A stretch of 63,627 bases of DNA, filler included, from Octopus bimaculoides (GCF_001194135.2; 7 parts of 7 records of this genome joined end to end with filler, not necessarily neighbours in it), one strand, 5' to 3'. Shown: positions 27,231 to 44,010, numbered from the whole stretch's first letter. The notes: generated from the letters alone by a model not told the origin. Made by a program: numbers and translations.

Positions 27231-29044
27231 AAACATCAAAATGAAAATCAAATGGAAATTGTAGTTGTGATCCCTGTGCCTGTGGCACGTAATAAACACC
27301 ATCAGAACATGGCCAATGCCTGCGCTGCCTTGACTGGTTTCTGTGCAGGTGGCACGTACAAAGCACCCACTACACTTGCGGAGTGGTTGGCGTTAGGAAG
27401 GGCATCCAGCTGTAGAAACACTGCCAGATTAGACTGGAGCCTGGTGCAGCCTCCTGGCTTCCCAGACCTCAGTGGAACCGTCCAACCCATGCTAGCATGG
27501 AAAAGAGACTAAAAACATAAGGTCCTAAAAGTCAGGTTCTATCTTTTGTGGAGGACACAGTAACACATTGATTTCCTTGCATGCCACTGGTATTTATACA
27601 ATTCACTTCAGAATATGTTATTCATAACTTCAACAGGACTCAAACTCAGAACATAAAAGGATACAAATGCCACAAGGTATATTGTCTGCTGCTCTACTGA
27701 TTTTGCCACATATATTGATCTATCTGACACAGAGCAATAACTGATGGTGAGGACTAGAGCCATCTGAATTAACACCAATTCATGACATACTATTTTACAA
27801 ATTTTTGTGAGATGAAGTTGACTTCGTGGGATTTGAATTCAGAAGATAATATTTGAAAGACCCAAGAGCTCTTTGTCCAGTATGATACTCTGTGTCCTTT
27901 GTCCAAATTGATACTCTGATATTTTACCTATCAAATGGTTCATACACACTCTACAAAACTGACACAAACACATTCTTAAAAATAATTCTTCAAAAATAAA
28001 ATTAAAGGTAGAAGTTGAGAGAATGACTGAACAACAATTAATGATACAAGGGATTTTAAAATGTTTTTTTTATTATCAAATACTTTGGTAACTCCAGTCA
28101 GCCATGTCCTATGTATCATTTAAAAGAAATAGTTAATCAACTGAAATAAGAGCAACTCATACATTTTGTACTTATACAAAGATAAATTGTCTGGCATGCT
28201 GGTTTCAACTTGGATGAGTGGTTAGCAGATTAGCCATGGTCAGTGAAACCATCTTTATTACAAGCAGTCTGTTCTAAAATTTGTGGTTATCATTTATAGG
28301 ATGTTAGAAAGATGTACATGGTAATTTTTCCACACATATGTCTATGTTGGTTTAGATTTTTGAATACTGTTTAGTACAAAAGTAGATAAGCAGTTCACAG
28401 ATCATATTTCATCATGATTGTCTAATGAATCCTGAAGCAGGTAGAGATAATTGTCTTTTCTTAGACCATCCGGTCAAAACACTGCTGCTTACAAAGAAAC
28501 ATGAACTCATTATATGGGAACCAAGTACATCACAGTGTCACAATCTATACATGTTTTAGTAAATTCTAACTAAGCACAAAACAAATAAAGACTAGTAGAT
28601 TATTTTTGGAAGGAAGGATAGGTAATAGATATTTAAAGCCCAGTTTACTAGGGGTAGTTATTTTATATAACATTAGGTGAAAATAAGTTGAACATCCATG
28701 AATTTAGAATGAGCAAGATACCAAAATGTATCTCATGTATCTCACTACCAATACTGTAGTCTATAAGTTATAATTAATATTAAATGCCTACTTACTATGA
28801 ATGTTGCTTACATCTCTGAGAAATGCATGAATGTGGCAACATTCCAATATTAACTCTACAAATATTAGGTATTATGATTCTATAAGATATTATGCATTGG
28901 CTGCAAAGCTACCTGTGCTGTTCACAGGTCAAGTTTGGCCCCATTAGTGGCCTACTGAGTAAATCTTAATGTTTAATCAGTTGTTGATAATGCTGAGCAG
29001 GTGGCTGATAGAGTAAATTGTTAGATTAAATGGTTCCCATTATT

Positions 29045-31440
29045 TAATAATAAAATAATAATAATGAAATTATTGTGTATAGTGCTCAGGTGCACAACTT
29101 ATCAAAGGCGCATGTATAGTACATAGGATTATGTACAAATGTCAGGAAAGCAAACAGTCTTTGAGTCATGATATACATGTGCATGCATATGAAAGGGAAG
29201 ATATCAGGTGTTGTGTTGGCAAATTTCAGGAAGCATAGAGGTTTTAAAGGATGCAATGTCTCAGTAGCTAAAAACTGATGCAGGTAGTTTGTTCCATGCT
29301 TCAGCAACTCTGGAGTGTGAGAAAATGTTTCAAAAAGTCATGGGAGCTGTGCTGTTTTCTGACTTAGTAGGCATGCCCACGTGTATTAGACACATGGAAT
29401 TCAAAAAGCTCTTCAAGGTTGTTGTTGACATGATGGTTAACAAATTTTGTGGGTGTTTACCAAATCAGTTGCCAGATGTCAGAGCCCAGGGAAGCAAAGC
29501 ATTCAGAGTATGATAGATGCCTGATGGAGGGTATTTGCTTGGTTGCATGTCTCTGAACAGTTTCCAGGAAGTCAATGTTTTGAGTAAGATAGGGGTTCCA
29601 GACTGGTGATACAAATTCCAAGTATGGCCATACCATACCCATATACAGCCTTGAATAGATAGCTGGAGAACGGCTGACAAATCTCTTGCTGAGTGATGCC
29701 AAGACATCCTCAGCCTTCTGGACAATTTTAGAGATGTGCTTTGTCCAGCGCAAATCACTGCTGACAGTAATGTCCAGGTCATGTTCACAAGAAGACTTCT
29801 TGATATTAGTGTTGTGGAGGGAGCATGTGGGCCCTGGGTTTTTTCTCCCAAAATGCGTGGTTGTATACTTGTCCACAGCTAGCTTGAGTTGCCAGTCTAT
29901 GATCCATTGCTGTATTGTGTCCAGGTCCGATTGCAGGAAAGATCTATAGTTTTCAGGATCTGTCCTTTTTATCTCAAGGTACGGTTTGATGTCATCTGCA
30001 TATTTCAGCACTGTGACATTCTTTAAGGTGGCATCGATGTCATTAATGTATGCAACAAACAAAAGGGAACCAAGAACAGATCCCTGCAGTACACTAGATG
30101 ACATCTCATTGGGTGAAGAATACTGTCCTAGAACTATGACTACCTTTTTTATGACTGAGAATGAAGGACTCCAAAAGATCATCTTTCACACCCATTGCAG
30201 AGAGTTTTGCAATAAGACTTTTGTGTGGCACAGAATTAAAAGCTTTAGCAAAGTCAAGGTAAACAACATCCACCCATTCGCCACCATCAGTGATCCGGGT
30301 GATGTCTTCAAGAAACTCGATAAGTTGATCACAGCAGCTGGATTAGGAATAAATCCAAATTACAAGGGCCAGATAAGGCTGTGAGAACTCCAGAAGTTTC
30401 AGGCTGTTTCTTCATCAATTTGGCAATGCAGCTAGTAAGAGTGACTGGACAATAGTTGACAGGCGATGTGCAGTCACCTTTTTTTGAAGAGAGGAATGAC
30501 ACTGGCAGTTTTCCACTGCTCCAGAGTAGCACCATTGTTAAAGACAGAATTGAAAGAAGAGTGAAAGCTGGTGCAGAAGAAAGTACCCACCACATTTGAG
30601 AAGCAGGCACGTAACACCATCAAGACCAGGAGAGGTATAGTTGTGTTTATTCTTAAGATGACACCGCAGCATTGCAGGTGTAAATTCCATAGTTGTAATA
30701 GAATTTGATATCAGAGGTGGTGGAGATAGTACATTTTGATTTTCAACAGTAAAAATGCCTGCATAGCATTCAGCAATAAGTTCTGCACATTCTTTGGGAT
30801 CGTCAGTAATCTGGCTTGTGTGGAGATTGCAAAGAGGACCAACTGGAGAGTGAAGTCCCTGCTTTGAATGTACATATTTCCAAAACATCTTACTGTCAGT
30901 GTTGGTCGCTATGCACTCTTCTTATTCAAGTACTACCCTTTTTGTCACCTGCTTGAGATGGTTGGATGATCGATTGCACTTTTTTCTATTTATATTTGAT
31001 TTATGCAGTTTGTAATCCCATTCAACATTACAGCATTCTTTCCTAGCAAGTCTGACTGCTGCAGTCTCCCAAGTTGCACTTTTGGGATGTTTTTTGTGCT
31101 TACGTGTTACTGATGCTACACATGCTGTCCATATTGAGTTCAGGATGTTCTGAAGTATAGTGTTCACATCTCTAGAGTCACAAAATTCCAGCCAGTTTGG
31201 TGCAGTAAGAGTTCCAGTCTGCTTTATTCCAGTCAAAGCAAGCAGTTTGGAGATGGCTGTGGTTTTTGTTACTGCCCATAAGGGACAGATTGGCAATGAT
31301 CGTAACATGATCAGAGTCATCTAAAGGTTCTTCAGTAGTAATACAAATAACCATTTCAGGAGTAGTTTTATCACCTCTTGTTAAGGAGTTTAACTTTTTA
31401 CACTTCTTGTGTTCACAGTTCAAATGTTACTGGAATTTCT
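29045..31440 (-). mobile_element. 5'-truncated CR1/L2-type LINE (ORF2 endonuclease tail, linker and RT) in a COPS2 intron
   Basis: RT motifs DFAKAF, QGSVLGSLLF, KYADD, C-terminal RVAEAWNKLPASV, linker FDWNKADW. Several stops and frameshifts. TTA-rich tail near 29045-29070. Confidence 0.9.
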
Positions 31441-31619
31441 AGGATCAATAAAATAAGCACCAGTAATACACCAAGGTAACTTAAATGACTACACCCCTTT
31501 CCTCACAAGATCTAGTACCTAGTTAAAAGTAACCTAGTTTTGTAAAAAAGAACAAAAAAAAACAAATAACAAAACAAAATAAATTTTAAAAAATTCCTTT
31601 TTTTAAATATATGTTTTAC

Positions 31620-31745
31620 CTGTTGAGATGTAGAAATATAATCCAAAATGGAGTTAATTGATTTCTCCGAATAGTTGCGAGTAACTGCAGACTTGATATA
31701 AGTTAGCAGTTGTTTATAGCGCTTCATCATTTCATCATAATTTTC
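31620..31745 (-). CDS. COPS2: COPS2 coding exon ([42 protein letters not shown])
   Basis: 126 nt, acceptor tgccag, donor gtaaaa. Contains the CSN2 signature [17 protein letters not shown]. Confidence 0.97.
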
Positions 31746-32237
31746 CTGGCAGAATATATCAAGAGAAACATGAAAACAGGTTTGTCACAAGAATAGTGAA
31801 TTATTATTACTAAAAGAATATTAGTATCATTAGAGCACACATATAAGGACCAGCTTGGAGACATTGACATAAAACAAGACAACAGACATGTTAATAAGGT
31901 CCATCTTATTATATATGTTTAATGAACTACACAGTGAAAAAGTTTAATGTCACATGGTGATATATAAGTTTAAAAAAATAGAAGAGGTGTCACATGAAAA
32001 TATATGCTTAAAGATATATACAGTGAAAGAGATGCTATATAAAAATATACGTTTAAAAAACTCATCATCATTTATCATCTGTTTTCCATGTAAGTATGGA
32101 TTGGATAGTTTGACAGGAGCTGGTCAGCTGGAGAGTTGTCTAGGTTCCAATTGTCTGTTGCAGCAAGGTTTCTATGGCTGAACGCCCTTCCCAATGCCAA
32201 CCACCTTACAGAATGTACTGAGTACCTTTTACATAAC

Positions 32238-32398
32238 ACTGGCATGGGTGCTTTATATATGGCACCAGAACGTGTGCTTTATATGTGGTACCAGCATGGG
32301 TGCGTTATATGTGGCACCAGTATAGGTGCTTTGTATGTGGCACCAGCATGGGAGCTTTATATTTGGCACCAGCACAGATGCTTTAGATGTGACCCAGC
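32238..32398. repeat. 26-bp degenerate minisatellite (TGGCACCAGCATGGGTGCTTTATATG), about 6 copies
   Basis: Direct reading. It extends from the SINE copy at 32065-32235. Confidence 0.85.
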
Positions 32399-33856
32399 TC
32401 AAGAGCGTTTTGGTATTCTTCATATGTTTAAAGAACTACAACAACAAAAGCAACAGGACCACTAATGTGACATAAATCATGAATCTATCGCTGGGTCAAT
32501 TGCTCGTCTCTGCCTCACATCATTAGTGGTAGGTTGTTAATTTAACAATGCCTTTGGATAAGAAGGAAAAAAGGGAACAAGAATTATTAACTCTAGGTGT
32601 GTGGCTGTCCACAAAACTAAAGATGTCCAAAGCTGTCGTTCTCTCCATGCTGCTGTAAAATGTGGACTCCATACTGCCAGAACATCAAACAGTTGGAACA
32701 GTTCTATACTATATTACTGCACACACTCATGGACAGACATCACTGAGCCGCATCAACCTCAGTCCTGATCACGGACTACCAGTGTCCAACCTGTGTGCCC
32801 CTGTGTGCTTCTGGCTTTGGGTTGCAGAGACACACGTGTTCACACCGCTGATTGCTGAGACCATCAATGGACTACCTTGGAAGAACATTTAAACTGAACA
32901 TATCCAGCCAAAATATTCTATCTGTTTAGTTCCAACTGGCCTCTCACACTGATTTTACACTGTTATTTTAAAAATAAACAGCTACATCAGTGAAATTTCA
33001 AAGCTAATAATACACGGTTAATCCAAAACAATGCAAATGATTAAGCCTGCAAGGATTTGACCAGTGTACCTCAGGCAGGAATATACACTAAATATATATA
33101 CAAGAATGTATGCTTTCCTTATAAATTTCACTAATTTCTATGAAGAACAAGAAATGGATGTTGTGACATTATACCTTATTCAAAATAGTATTAGAAATAT
33201 AGATAGAATGAAAAGCTTTAACCTTGATAGAATGGACCCCTTCCACATCCCCAAAAAGGTTTGAAATAGAAGTCAGTTAAATGATAGAATCCACCACCGT
33301 TTAAATGGTGAAGTGAAATGGCAAAACAGCTATGAAAATGAACAATCAACTTATGGGTCATGTGTTCACATTCTCACTGTGCACCTCTCATTTTGTTTCT
33401 AGTCAAGATTTCATTCTACATGCTCTACATTCTCCTGGGGTGTAGAGAGAGGAAGAATCTGAAGTAATTATGTGGCCCCAAAGTCAACCATGATCATCAG
33501 ACTGACGACACATAGGTAGTTAATTTAACAAGTGTGAACCATATATTTATAGTACTGGATATATCAAACATCATGTGGTTGAAGGCAATACATCACATCA
33601 TGCCATACAATCATTCGAAATAGCAGACAAATGTATTTCAAATGTCATCCTTCCAAATTAAAAATGAAAAAAAGTGAACAAATATACTGAATAGTCTTTA
33701 AAAATGAATAAAGCATCTCAACTGAAATGACAAGAAGAGTGATATATATCTTTCTACATCACCAGAGACATGTAAGAGACCATCTGAAGATAACAGAGAG
33801 AGAAATAAAGAATTGGAGATAAACATCACACAACAGTGATTTAATGATGTACTTAC

Positions 33857-33937
33857 CAATTTGAAATTAATTTTAATCATCTGTTTTAAGGCCTTGAAGC
33901 CCCATTCTCCTTTATCTTTTCCTTCCAATTCAAGGAC
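33857..33937 (-). CDS. COPS2: COP9 signalosome subunit 2, coding exon ([27 protein letters not shown])
   Basis: 81 nt, acceptor cttcag, donor gtaagt, phase 0/0. Translation matches the metazoan CSN2 N-terminal region. Confidence 0.96.
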
Positions 33938-33989
33938 CTGAAGCAAGAAAAAGATGAAAATTAGACAAACACCCCTTAAAGGGATTTTG

Positions 33990-34420
33990 GTTAGATAACA
34001 GTTGCTGCAATATCAGAGGAAGGTTAACAGGGAAAAGAGCTTTTGTATGTGGAAGATGCACAGGTGCAATAAATGCTGAAAATGGGCAGAAAATAGACTT
34101 CAACTGCCAGGGGAGCAAGCTGGAGGTAGTAGATAGCTTCTGTTATCTAGGTGGATGCTCCAAGAGCATAACTGTGAGAATAAGATTAGGGCAAAGTTCA
34201 GAGAGCTCCTACCTCTGCTGTCAACAAACAAAAGGCCTCTCTCTCAGAGTGAAAGGCAAATTGTATGATGCTTGTGTGTGAACAGCTATGCTACATGGCA
34301 GTGAAACATGGGTTGTGACAGCCGAGGACATGTGTAAGCTTGAAAGAAATGAAGCCAATATGCATCTCTGGATGTGCAATGTCAATGTGCATGTTCGACA
34401 AAGTGTCAGTATGGCCATGT
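33990..34420 (+). mobile_element. RTE-clade LINE internal fragment
   Basis: Translation LEVVDSFCYLG...KFRELLPLL...VKGKLYDACV...LHGSETW, with frameshifts. Confidence 0.8.
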
Positions 34421-35322
34421 GATGCATATGGACAAGAACAGATGTGTAAAGGAGCATTGGGCCTCATGGAGGCAAGTTCCTGTCAAGCGTTGGGCCACAT
34501 GGAGGCAAGTTCTTTTTAAGCATTAAGCCTCATGGAGGCAAAGTGGCTGAGTTCCTTTTTAGTGTTGGGCCTCTCGGAGGCAATTACTGAGACCTTTGGC
34601 ATTGTGTCATGCTTGAGAAGAAGACCCATCAAGCCAATCAAAATCGCAGTCGTGACAGATATCGGTGTCATGCAAACAGCACATAAAGCACCCATTACAT
34701 TCTCAGAGTGGTTGGCATTAGGAAGGGCATCCAGCCTAAGAAACCATGCCAAATCAACTGGTGCAGCCTTCCAACTTGCCAGCCCTGGTCAAACCATCCA
34801 ACTCATGCCAGCATGGACAACAGACATTAAATGATGATGAACATGATAAATTAGACAAGTTATTTAATAATAATAATAATAATAACAATAATCCTTTCTA
34901 CTATAGGCACAAGGCCTGAAATTTGGTGGGAGAGGACTAGTTGATTACATCACCCCCAGTGCTTAACTGGTACATCAACCCCGAAAGGATGAAAGGCAAA
35001 GTCGACTTCAACGGAATTTGAACTCAGAATGTAAAGACAAGTGAAATGCTACTAAACATTTTGCCCAGTGTGCTAATGATTCTACCAGCTCACCACCTTA
35101 ATAATAATCCTTTCTACTATTGGTACAAGGCCTGAAATTTGGGGGAGCAGATAGTCAATTACATTGAGTCCAGTAATTGACTGGTACTGAATTTATCAAC
35201 CCTGAAAAGATGAAAGGAAAAGTCAACCTCAGCAGAATTTGAACTCAGAGCATAAGGACACAAAATGCCACTAAGCATTTTTACTTGCAATGCTAACGAT
35301 CCTGCCAGCTCGCCACCTTAAC

Positions 35323-35354
<32 letters not shown>

Positions 35355-35585
35355 GGAGATTACACTGGGGACATTTAACATGTGAGAACGATAAATCACT
35401 GCTCCGAAATTTATCCAAAAACATCGAAAATAAAGACATCACATGGAGCCAAAAATAGCTGACAAAGGGTTGGACTATATCCGAGTAAGTAATACTCATT
35501 GAAATTTATTTCTATTTTTCCAAATATAATGATGTATTTTAACTGGATATCATCTCCACTGCTCGCACAGAACATGTAAACACGC

Positions 35586-36449
35586 TTGTTACATCAACAC
35601 CAGACTATCTACAAAAAAATTACAAATAGATTAAATAATACCGGTATTATTCCACCCAAGAATAACAACCGGGAAGTGCGTACTTTAAACTTGTTACACA
35701 AAAAGTACGAAGAGCTGCACATGCAAAACAATCTGACAACAGAAATGAACGGACCGGTACCCTACAAAAATGATGACCGTCAAAATAAAGGGCCAGATGT
35801 TGTTCCTCATGTCCTGCAAATAAAACCAAAACGGCATAAATGGACACGTGAGGAATACATTTCGATCTTACACACTTACTTTACAGCAGTGCTCTACCCA
35901 AAGAACGAAAACTCAACAACACATACATATAAAATATGGAAGAAAAATAACCTAAATAAAACCTGGATACAACAATGAACCCTAATAAACTAGCTAACAT
36001 ACAAAGATATATTCTCAAAGCAAAAAAAATATCACAAATAGAAATAGAACAATTGAAAGGAAAAATATGTCAGGAAAATCTAGATAGTAGCCACATAATA
36101 ATGCCAAATAATAATATAAACACTGACATAGTAAAACACGAAGACAAACGTAACATTTCCACCAAAAACGAAGTAAACAAAAAAGAACAAACCCAGACCG
36201 TAGAGATGTATAATAATGTACAAAAAGCACCAATCCAGAACACCACAGACAAACATATCAATGAAAAGGAAGGCAAAACAAATCTAAAACCTGGGAATAA
36301 CGAAGGGAAACCTAATGATTATGATACTATGAAAATGAGAATAATCAAAGAACTGAAAACCACAGATCTTAGAATGGACCACAGATTATATCCCCCAAAA
36401 ATCAAAATAGACAATAAAACAACATCAATAATAAATAGCATAAACCTGG
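35586..36449 (+). mobile_element. Probable R4/Dong-like LINE N-terminal region, truncated by a gap
   Basis: Two overlapping K/N-rich ORFs (KRHKWTREEY...; MNPNKLANIQRYILK...) resemble the pre-RT region of REL-type LINEs and lie next to the REL fragments. Confidence 0.5.
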
Positions 36450-36611
36450 NNNNNNNNNNNNNNNNNNNNNNNNNNNNNNNNNNNNNNNNNNNNTTAATTA
36501 ATTAANNNNNNNNNNNNNNNNNNNNNNNNNNNNNNNNNNNNNNNNNNNNGCAAAGCATTTTGTTCTACGCTTGAACGATATTTTCAGCTCACTGCCTTCA
36601 TAATAATAATG

Positions 36612-36681
<70 letters not shown>

Positions 36682-37027
36682 AGTGCAAAAATCGTGTTAA
36701 CTGGAACGACTCATGTACTGAGAAGAGCATTATCGCTGTAAAAACAACATCCATTCATGAATTTATTTATTTATTAATTTTTCTTAAATACATATTTTAC
36801 CTGTGAATTTGCGTGTGTAAACTGGAAATGCATACAATGAGATTCTTTGCCCTAGGTGTACGGAAGACACTCGGCGAAAAAATGGAAGAAAATTTGAAGA
36901 AAGAAGGAAAAAACCAACATAATAATAATAATACGCTCACATGGTTTCTGATCTTAAATGATTGGAAGCGTTATCATGTCATTGTTTTGTCGTGGTATAA
37001 AATATGGGCTACAACAAGTATTCTGCT

Positions 37028-39180
<2,153 letters not shown>

Positions 39181-39190
39181 TAATAATAAT

Positions 39191-39245
<55 letters not shown>

Positions 39246-39248
<3 letters not shown>

Positions 39249-39485
39249 TGGTTGGCACTCCGATCAACGGAACAGCCTGCTCGTGAAATTAACGTGCAAG
39301 TGGCTGAGCACTCCACAAACACGTGTACCCTTAACGTAGTTCTCGAGGAGATTCAGCGTGACACAGAGTGTGACAAGGCTGACCCCTTTGAAATACAGGT
39401 ACAACAGAAACAGGAAGTAAGAGTGAGAGAAAGTTGTGGTGAAAGAGTACAGCAGGGTTCGCCACCATCCCCTGCCGGAGCCTTG
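39246..39485 (-). mobile_element. tRNA-derived SINE, same family, 3' part
   Basis: Reverse complement of the 59605 body. An older copy is at about 5670-5950 (+). Confidence 0.85.
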
Positions 39486-39636
39486 NNNNNNNNNNNNNNN
39501 NNNNNNNNNNNNNNNNNNNNNNNNNNNNNNNNNNNNNNNNNNNNNNNNNNNNNNNNNNNNNNNNNNNNNNNNNNNNNNNNNNNNNNNNNNNNNNNNNNNN
39601 NNNNNNNNNNNNNNNNNNNNNNNNNNNNNNNNNNNN

Positions 39637-39729
<93 letters not shown>

Positions 39730-39749
39730 TACAACAACAACGCGAAAAC

Positions 39750-40130
39750 GAAAGACGTCATGACAATGTGGCAAGAATGATCCATTAGAAACTGTTGAAA
39801 TCACGGCCTACAAAGAGCAAAACGTTATCCACAAACTCCAGAAGTCCGGAGAATTGCAAAATCCTGTGGGATACAATGATCCAGTGCGGTCCCCTAACCA
39901 GACGTTGGAAACCGGACATTGTTGTGGGGAATAAAGAAGAAAGAACAGGCATGATAATCGACGTAGCATGTCCCGGTGACTACAGGATCAATGTGAAAGA
40001 AGAAAAATAAACAACTATGACGATTTAAAGTAGGAAATACGAAAGCTGTGGTCAATGAAGAGAGTAGACGATACCAATAGTAATTGGTGCACTTGGAAGT
40101 ATCAGCACTCAACCACCATGAAAGGCAAAG
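39750..40130 (+). mobile_element. Second REL-endonuclease LINE fragment
   Basis: Translation ILWDTMIQ...WKPDIVV...IIDVACPGD...VIGALG. Preceded by (TAA)n. Confidence 0.8.
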
Positions 40131-40459
40131 TCGAGGTGAATGTTTGAGTTCAAACAAGGAATATATATATANNNNNNNNNNNNNNNNNNNNNNNNNNNNN
40201 NNNNNNNNNNNNNNNNNNNNNNNNNNNNNNNNNNNNNNNNNNNNNNNNNNNNNNNNNNNNNNNNNNNNNNNNNNNNNNNNNNNNNNNNNNNNNNNNNNNN
40301 NNNNNNNNNNNNNNNNNNNNNNNNNNNNNNNNNNNNNNNNNNNNNNNNNNNNNNNNNTCCTCACTCGTATTATTATCGAACCGAGAGTTTAACTACGGCC
40401 CTTCCATAACACTTATATAGCCTTACCTGCCACCTTGAGTCTACTGGATACCAATAACT

Positions 40460-40497
<38 letters not shown>

Positions 40498-40589
40498 CGC
40501 GCGCGTTTGTGTGTGTGTGTGTGAATGTGTGTGTGTGTTTATATATACATATATGCATATGGATGTATATTGTTAAACAGATGGGTAGA

Positions 40590-40684
40590 ACTTGATAGAC
40601 AGACGGACAGGCAGACAGACAGACAAACAGACTGACAGGCAGACAGACAGAGAGACAGACAGACAGACAGACAGGCAGACGGAC

Positions 40685-40738
<54 letters not shown>

Positions 40739-41000
40739 GTAAAAAATAATTAAGAACACAAAAGTATGTAATACAAATAATGGGATAAATAAGAGGAAGA
40801 GTAAACGGGTAGGGATAGAAAGACAAGCAAATATACGGGGGAAGCAGTTATAAACATTCTGAAAGAGTGGGAGAAAGAGAGAGAAAGAGAGCGAGGAAGA
40901 GAGAGAGGAAGAAAGAGAGGGGGGAAAAGAGAGAGAGAGGGAAAGAAAGAGAGAGAGAGAGAGAGAGATTGAGAGAGATAGATAAAGTGCACTTAGTAAG
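40590..41000. repeat. (GACA)n/(GATA)n followed by purine-rich (GA)n low-complexity sequence
   Basis: Direct reading. Confidence 0.9.
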
Positions 41001-43860
41001 GGAAAGGGAATGAATGACAGAACGACAGACAGCGACAACCTGCGAAAATAGAGAATCGGTCTTGTTTTGTCCGTTGATATTTTTTAACATTGTTTTAACT
41101 TGATATTTTCATTATTTAGTTAAACGTTGAATACTCTTAAAACTTTAATTTCTCTAATTCCTTTTCCTATCTCCACTTCCCCGTTATCTACTTCCATCAC
41201 ACTCCATTCATCATTTAATTTCCTATTTCCTCTTCCGACTCACCTACTTCAATTTCTAGTTCTGTATTCTTCACTCAATTTGCCCGTCGTTTGCTCTTAT
41301 TTATCACTTATTTCCCTTCTTCAATCCACTATTATTTCCCCATTTTATCCCCGTCTTTTCCCACGTAACACGTCATTGTTTTCTTATCTTACTAGTACTC
41401 TGCTGTCAAATGTGTTGTGTTGTACAAGAGAACGGAATGAAAGCAAAATGTCTGGTGGACAGATGCTGACAAAACGCACAAAACATCCACCCTCGATAGA
41501 TTCGTCCATGCGCAGATCACCACTAACGGTTATTAAATTAAGATGCACTCTACAATACTGCTTTCTCCTTATTCTTCAGAAATCTCAACGCATGCAAAAG
41601 GAATATTTCATAGTGACCAACAGGACATCATTTTTATGGCGACACGTGTCTAATTCAAAAAGACCTCTTCATATTGGACACTTGCTACCGAATAAAACTC
41701 CAATGGATTGATGTTTTTGTGTCTCCTGATCCTATGATCCCATATCCACTTCAACTGTCAAATGCTTTGTAACAATATTTATTTACTGAATATCATTGAT
41801 ATTTTGAAACTGGAAAATATTCTGTTCCTTCGGGACTACAACAGCAGCAACGATACAAAATTTATAATGGCTACTACCAGAACGTATATATATATATATA
41901 TATATATATATAACATTAGTTATTACTGCTCCTCCTACCACCACATCAACTACTGCTAATACAATCAATCTAAGTATAAAGAAAATAAGAAATAGACAAT
42001 GAATTTGAGACTCCATAATGATCATTGATTCCAAATTTTTTCATAGGGCTAGCAATTTCGGGGGAGGGGGTAAGTTGACTACATCGACCCCAGTGTTTAG
42101 CTTGTACTTATTTTATTGACCCCGAAAGGATGAACAGTAAAGTCGACCCCGATGGTATTTGAACTCAGAACGTAAACTTGGAAATATCACTAAGCGTTTT
42201 TCCCGGAGCGGTAACGATTCTACCAGCTCACTGCCTTAGACTCCATAATGATATTGAAGCGAGTTTTTATGTGGATTTAGCCTTCCACCATTTTGGGATT
42301 GAAGAAGTAAATTATTATTTTTTTTCCTTTTACAGAGGTAGTTAAAAAGTAAAGGAAGCCTTACCATGCATAGAAGCTGAAACGAAACTGCGTAGCTAAT
42401 TCTCGACTCTGGCAATAATGCATCTTTCAGAAGGAATTAAAAATGCAACACATTAGGCTTTTCAGGAAGTTGTCTTTTGCTTCATTGCTCCCGTCACAGT
42501 TTTGATTGTGCACAAAGCTAGTTTTTGTACTGTTGAGGTATAGTGGTATATTATTAGTTCATATTCCATGGACACCGGTAGTAGGAAGGTCAACGGATAG
42601 GACAAAGCTTTCCAACTTGGCACAAAGCTACTATTTAATGAAGGAAGATGCTAAGTTGGGTAAATGGAATTGAACTCAGAACGTCATTACATAACACAAG
42701 GTATTATTTTCTCCACAGTTCTATCATCTCTGTCAGAAACGGCATTTCACTGCATTAGATATCGATGCCTAAATTTAGCATGAGGCCTCGAACTTTTAAG
42801 GGAAACCACGAGAGTCTGAAGGGAGACTCATATATGACAGAATATCAGATCAGAGTATAAAGGAACATACTTAAATGCTACCAGGCAATAGCTCCATCCC
42901 TTCCCCCATCTCTCTCTACCAACCATGCCATACATCAGTCTTAACTATGTTAAAGATTAATCCTTTAGTTAGGAAGAAAAACTACAGATTTTGGAAATGG
43001 ATTCTATAGGTTAACTATAATCATTGACTAGTATTTCATTTATCCTCATCGGAAAGTTGAAATGTGATGGTCACTCTGGTTTGATCTGAACTCACAACAT
43101 ATAAGAGCAAAACTAATTACCACAATATATTTTGTTTTGTACTATACAGAATCTGCTAGTCAATGATCTCTGCGTTAAATATTAAGCAGTATCTTATGAC
43201 AAAAATCGGACTGTTTTAATGACACAATCAATGGACGAAAAGCTCTTACATATTTCAGCAAAAGACAGGAAATACAAACAATTCGTATTGTGGATCCTTT
43301 GAAGTATTATTTAATATTCTTACTCTCTCATGACGTCTGTATGTTACAAAACAAAAGTTACCAGCTGCTTCTATAACTCTGCATTATCGAAGCAAACATC
43401 TGCTGCTGGATACTTCACTGTGGTAGACATCACTTTCATTTCTTTATGTCAAATATGTATTATTGATTAAATGATTTGTATGATCAATATCGATCTGGTA
43501 ACAATATAAATGAAAACTCATAAGCTCATAAAATCGCTTCATGTGTATGTAGAAGAGGCTGTAAAGTAGAAGAGATTGGATTTATAACCTTGATTTCACT
43601 CCAGTATATAACCACTTATTTTCGTTAGTCTTTTTAAATCTCTAACTAATCGTTGCACATGTTAGACATGTCGGCTAAATTTCCTGTCTATGTATCTATA
43701 TATACAAACATACATATGCACTTACACATAATATAGACGCATATATTTTCAAGTATAAGCAATGTACATATGTACGTACACATATATAACTCTGTATGTA
43801 TGCATGTATGCGATACATGTGTATTTGTATGTGTAAGTATGCATCAAATACACATACACA

Positions 43861-43895
<35 letters not shown>

Positions 43896-44010
43896 GCATG
43901 CATAAATATATATATGTATGTATATGCATATATACGTATATACATATAAATACACACACACGCACACATACACACACACACATATACACACGCACACACA
44001 CATATATATA

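Noticed and set aside
28422-28455. CTAATGA...GAGATAATTGTC hammerhead-like string (similar weak cases near 10240 and 51185)
   Set aside because: Core positions are mutated or the GAAA is absent, so it cannot be distinguished from chance.
36790-36960. Possible COPS2 5' exon (CACAG|GTAAAA donor on minus; another donor-like site near 47428)
   Set aside because: No CSN2 N-terminal coding sequence (MSD..DYDL / EYSEDS) is present, and donor-like hexamers alone are not evidence.
41127-41711. 194-aa plus-strand ORF
   Set aside because: The N-terminal half is pyrimidine-rich low-complexity sequence, with no recognisable domain or splice support.
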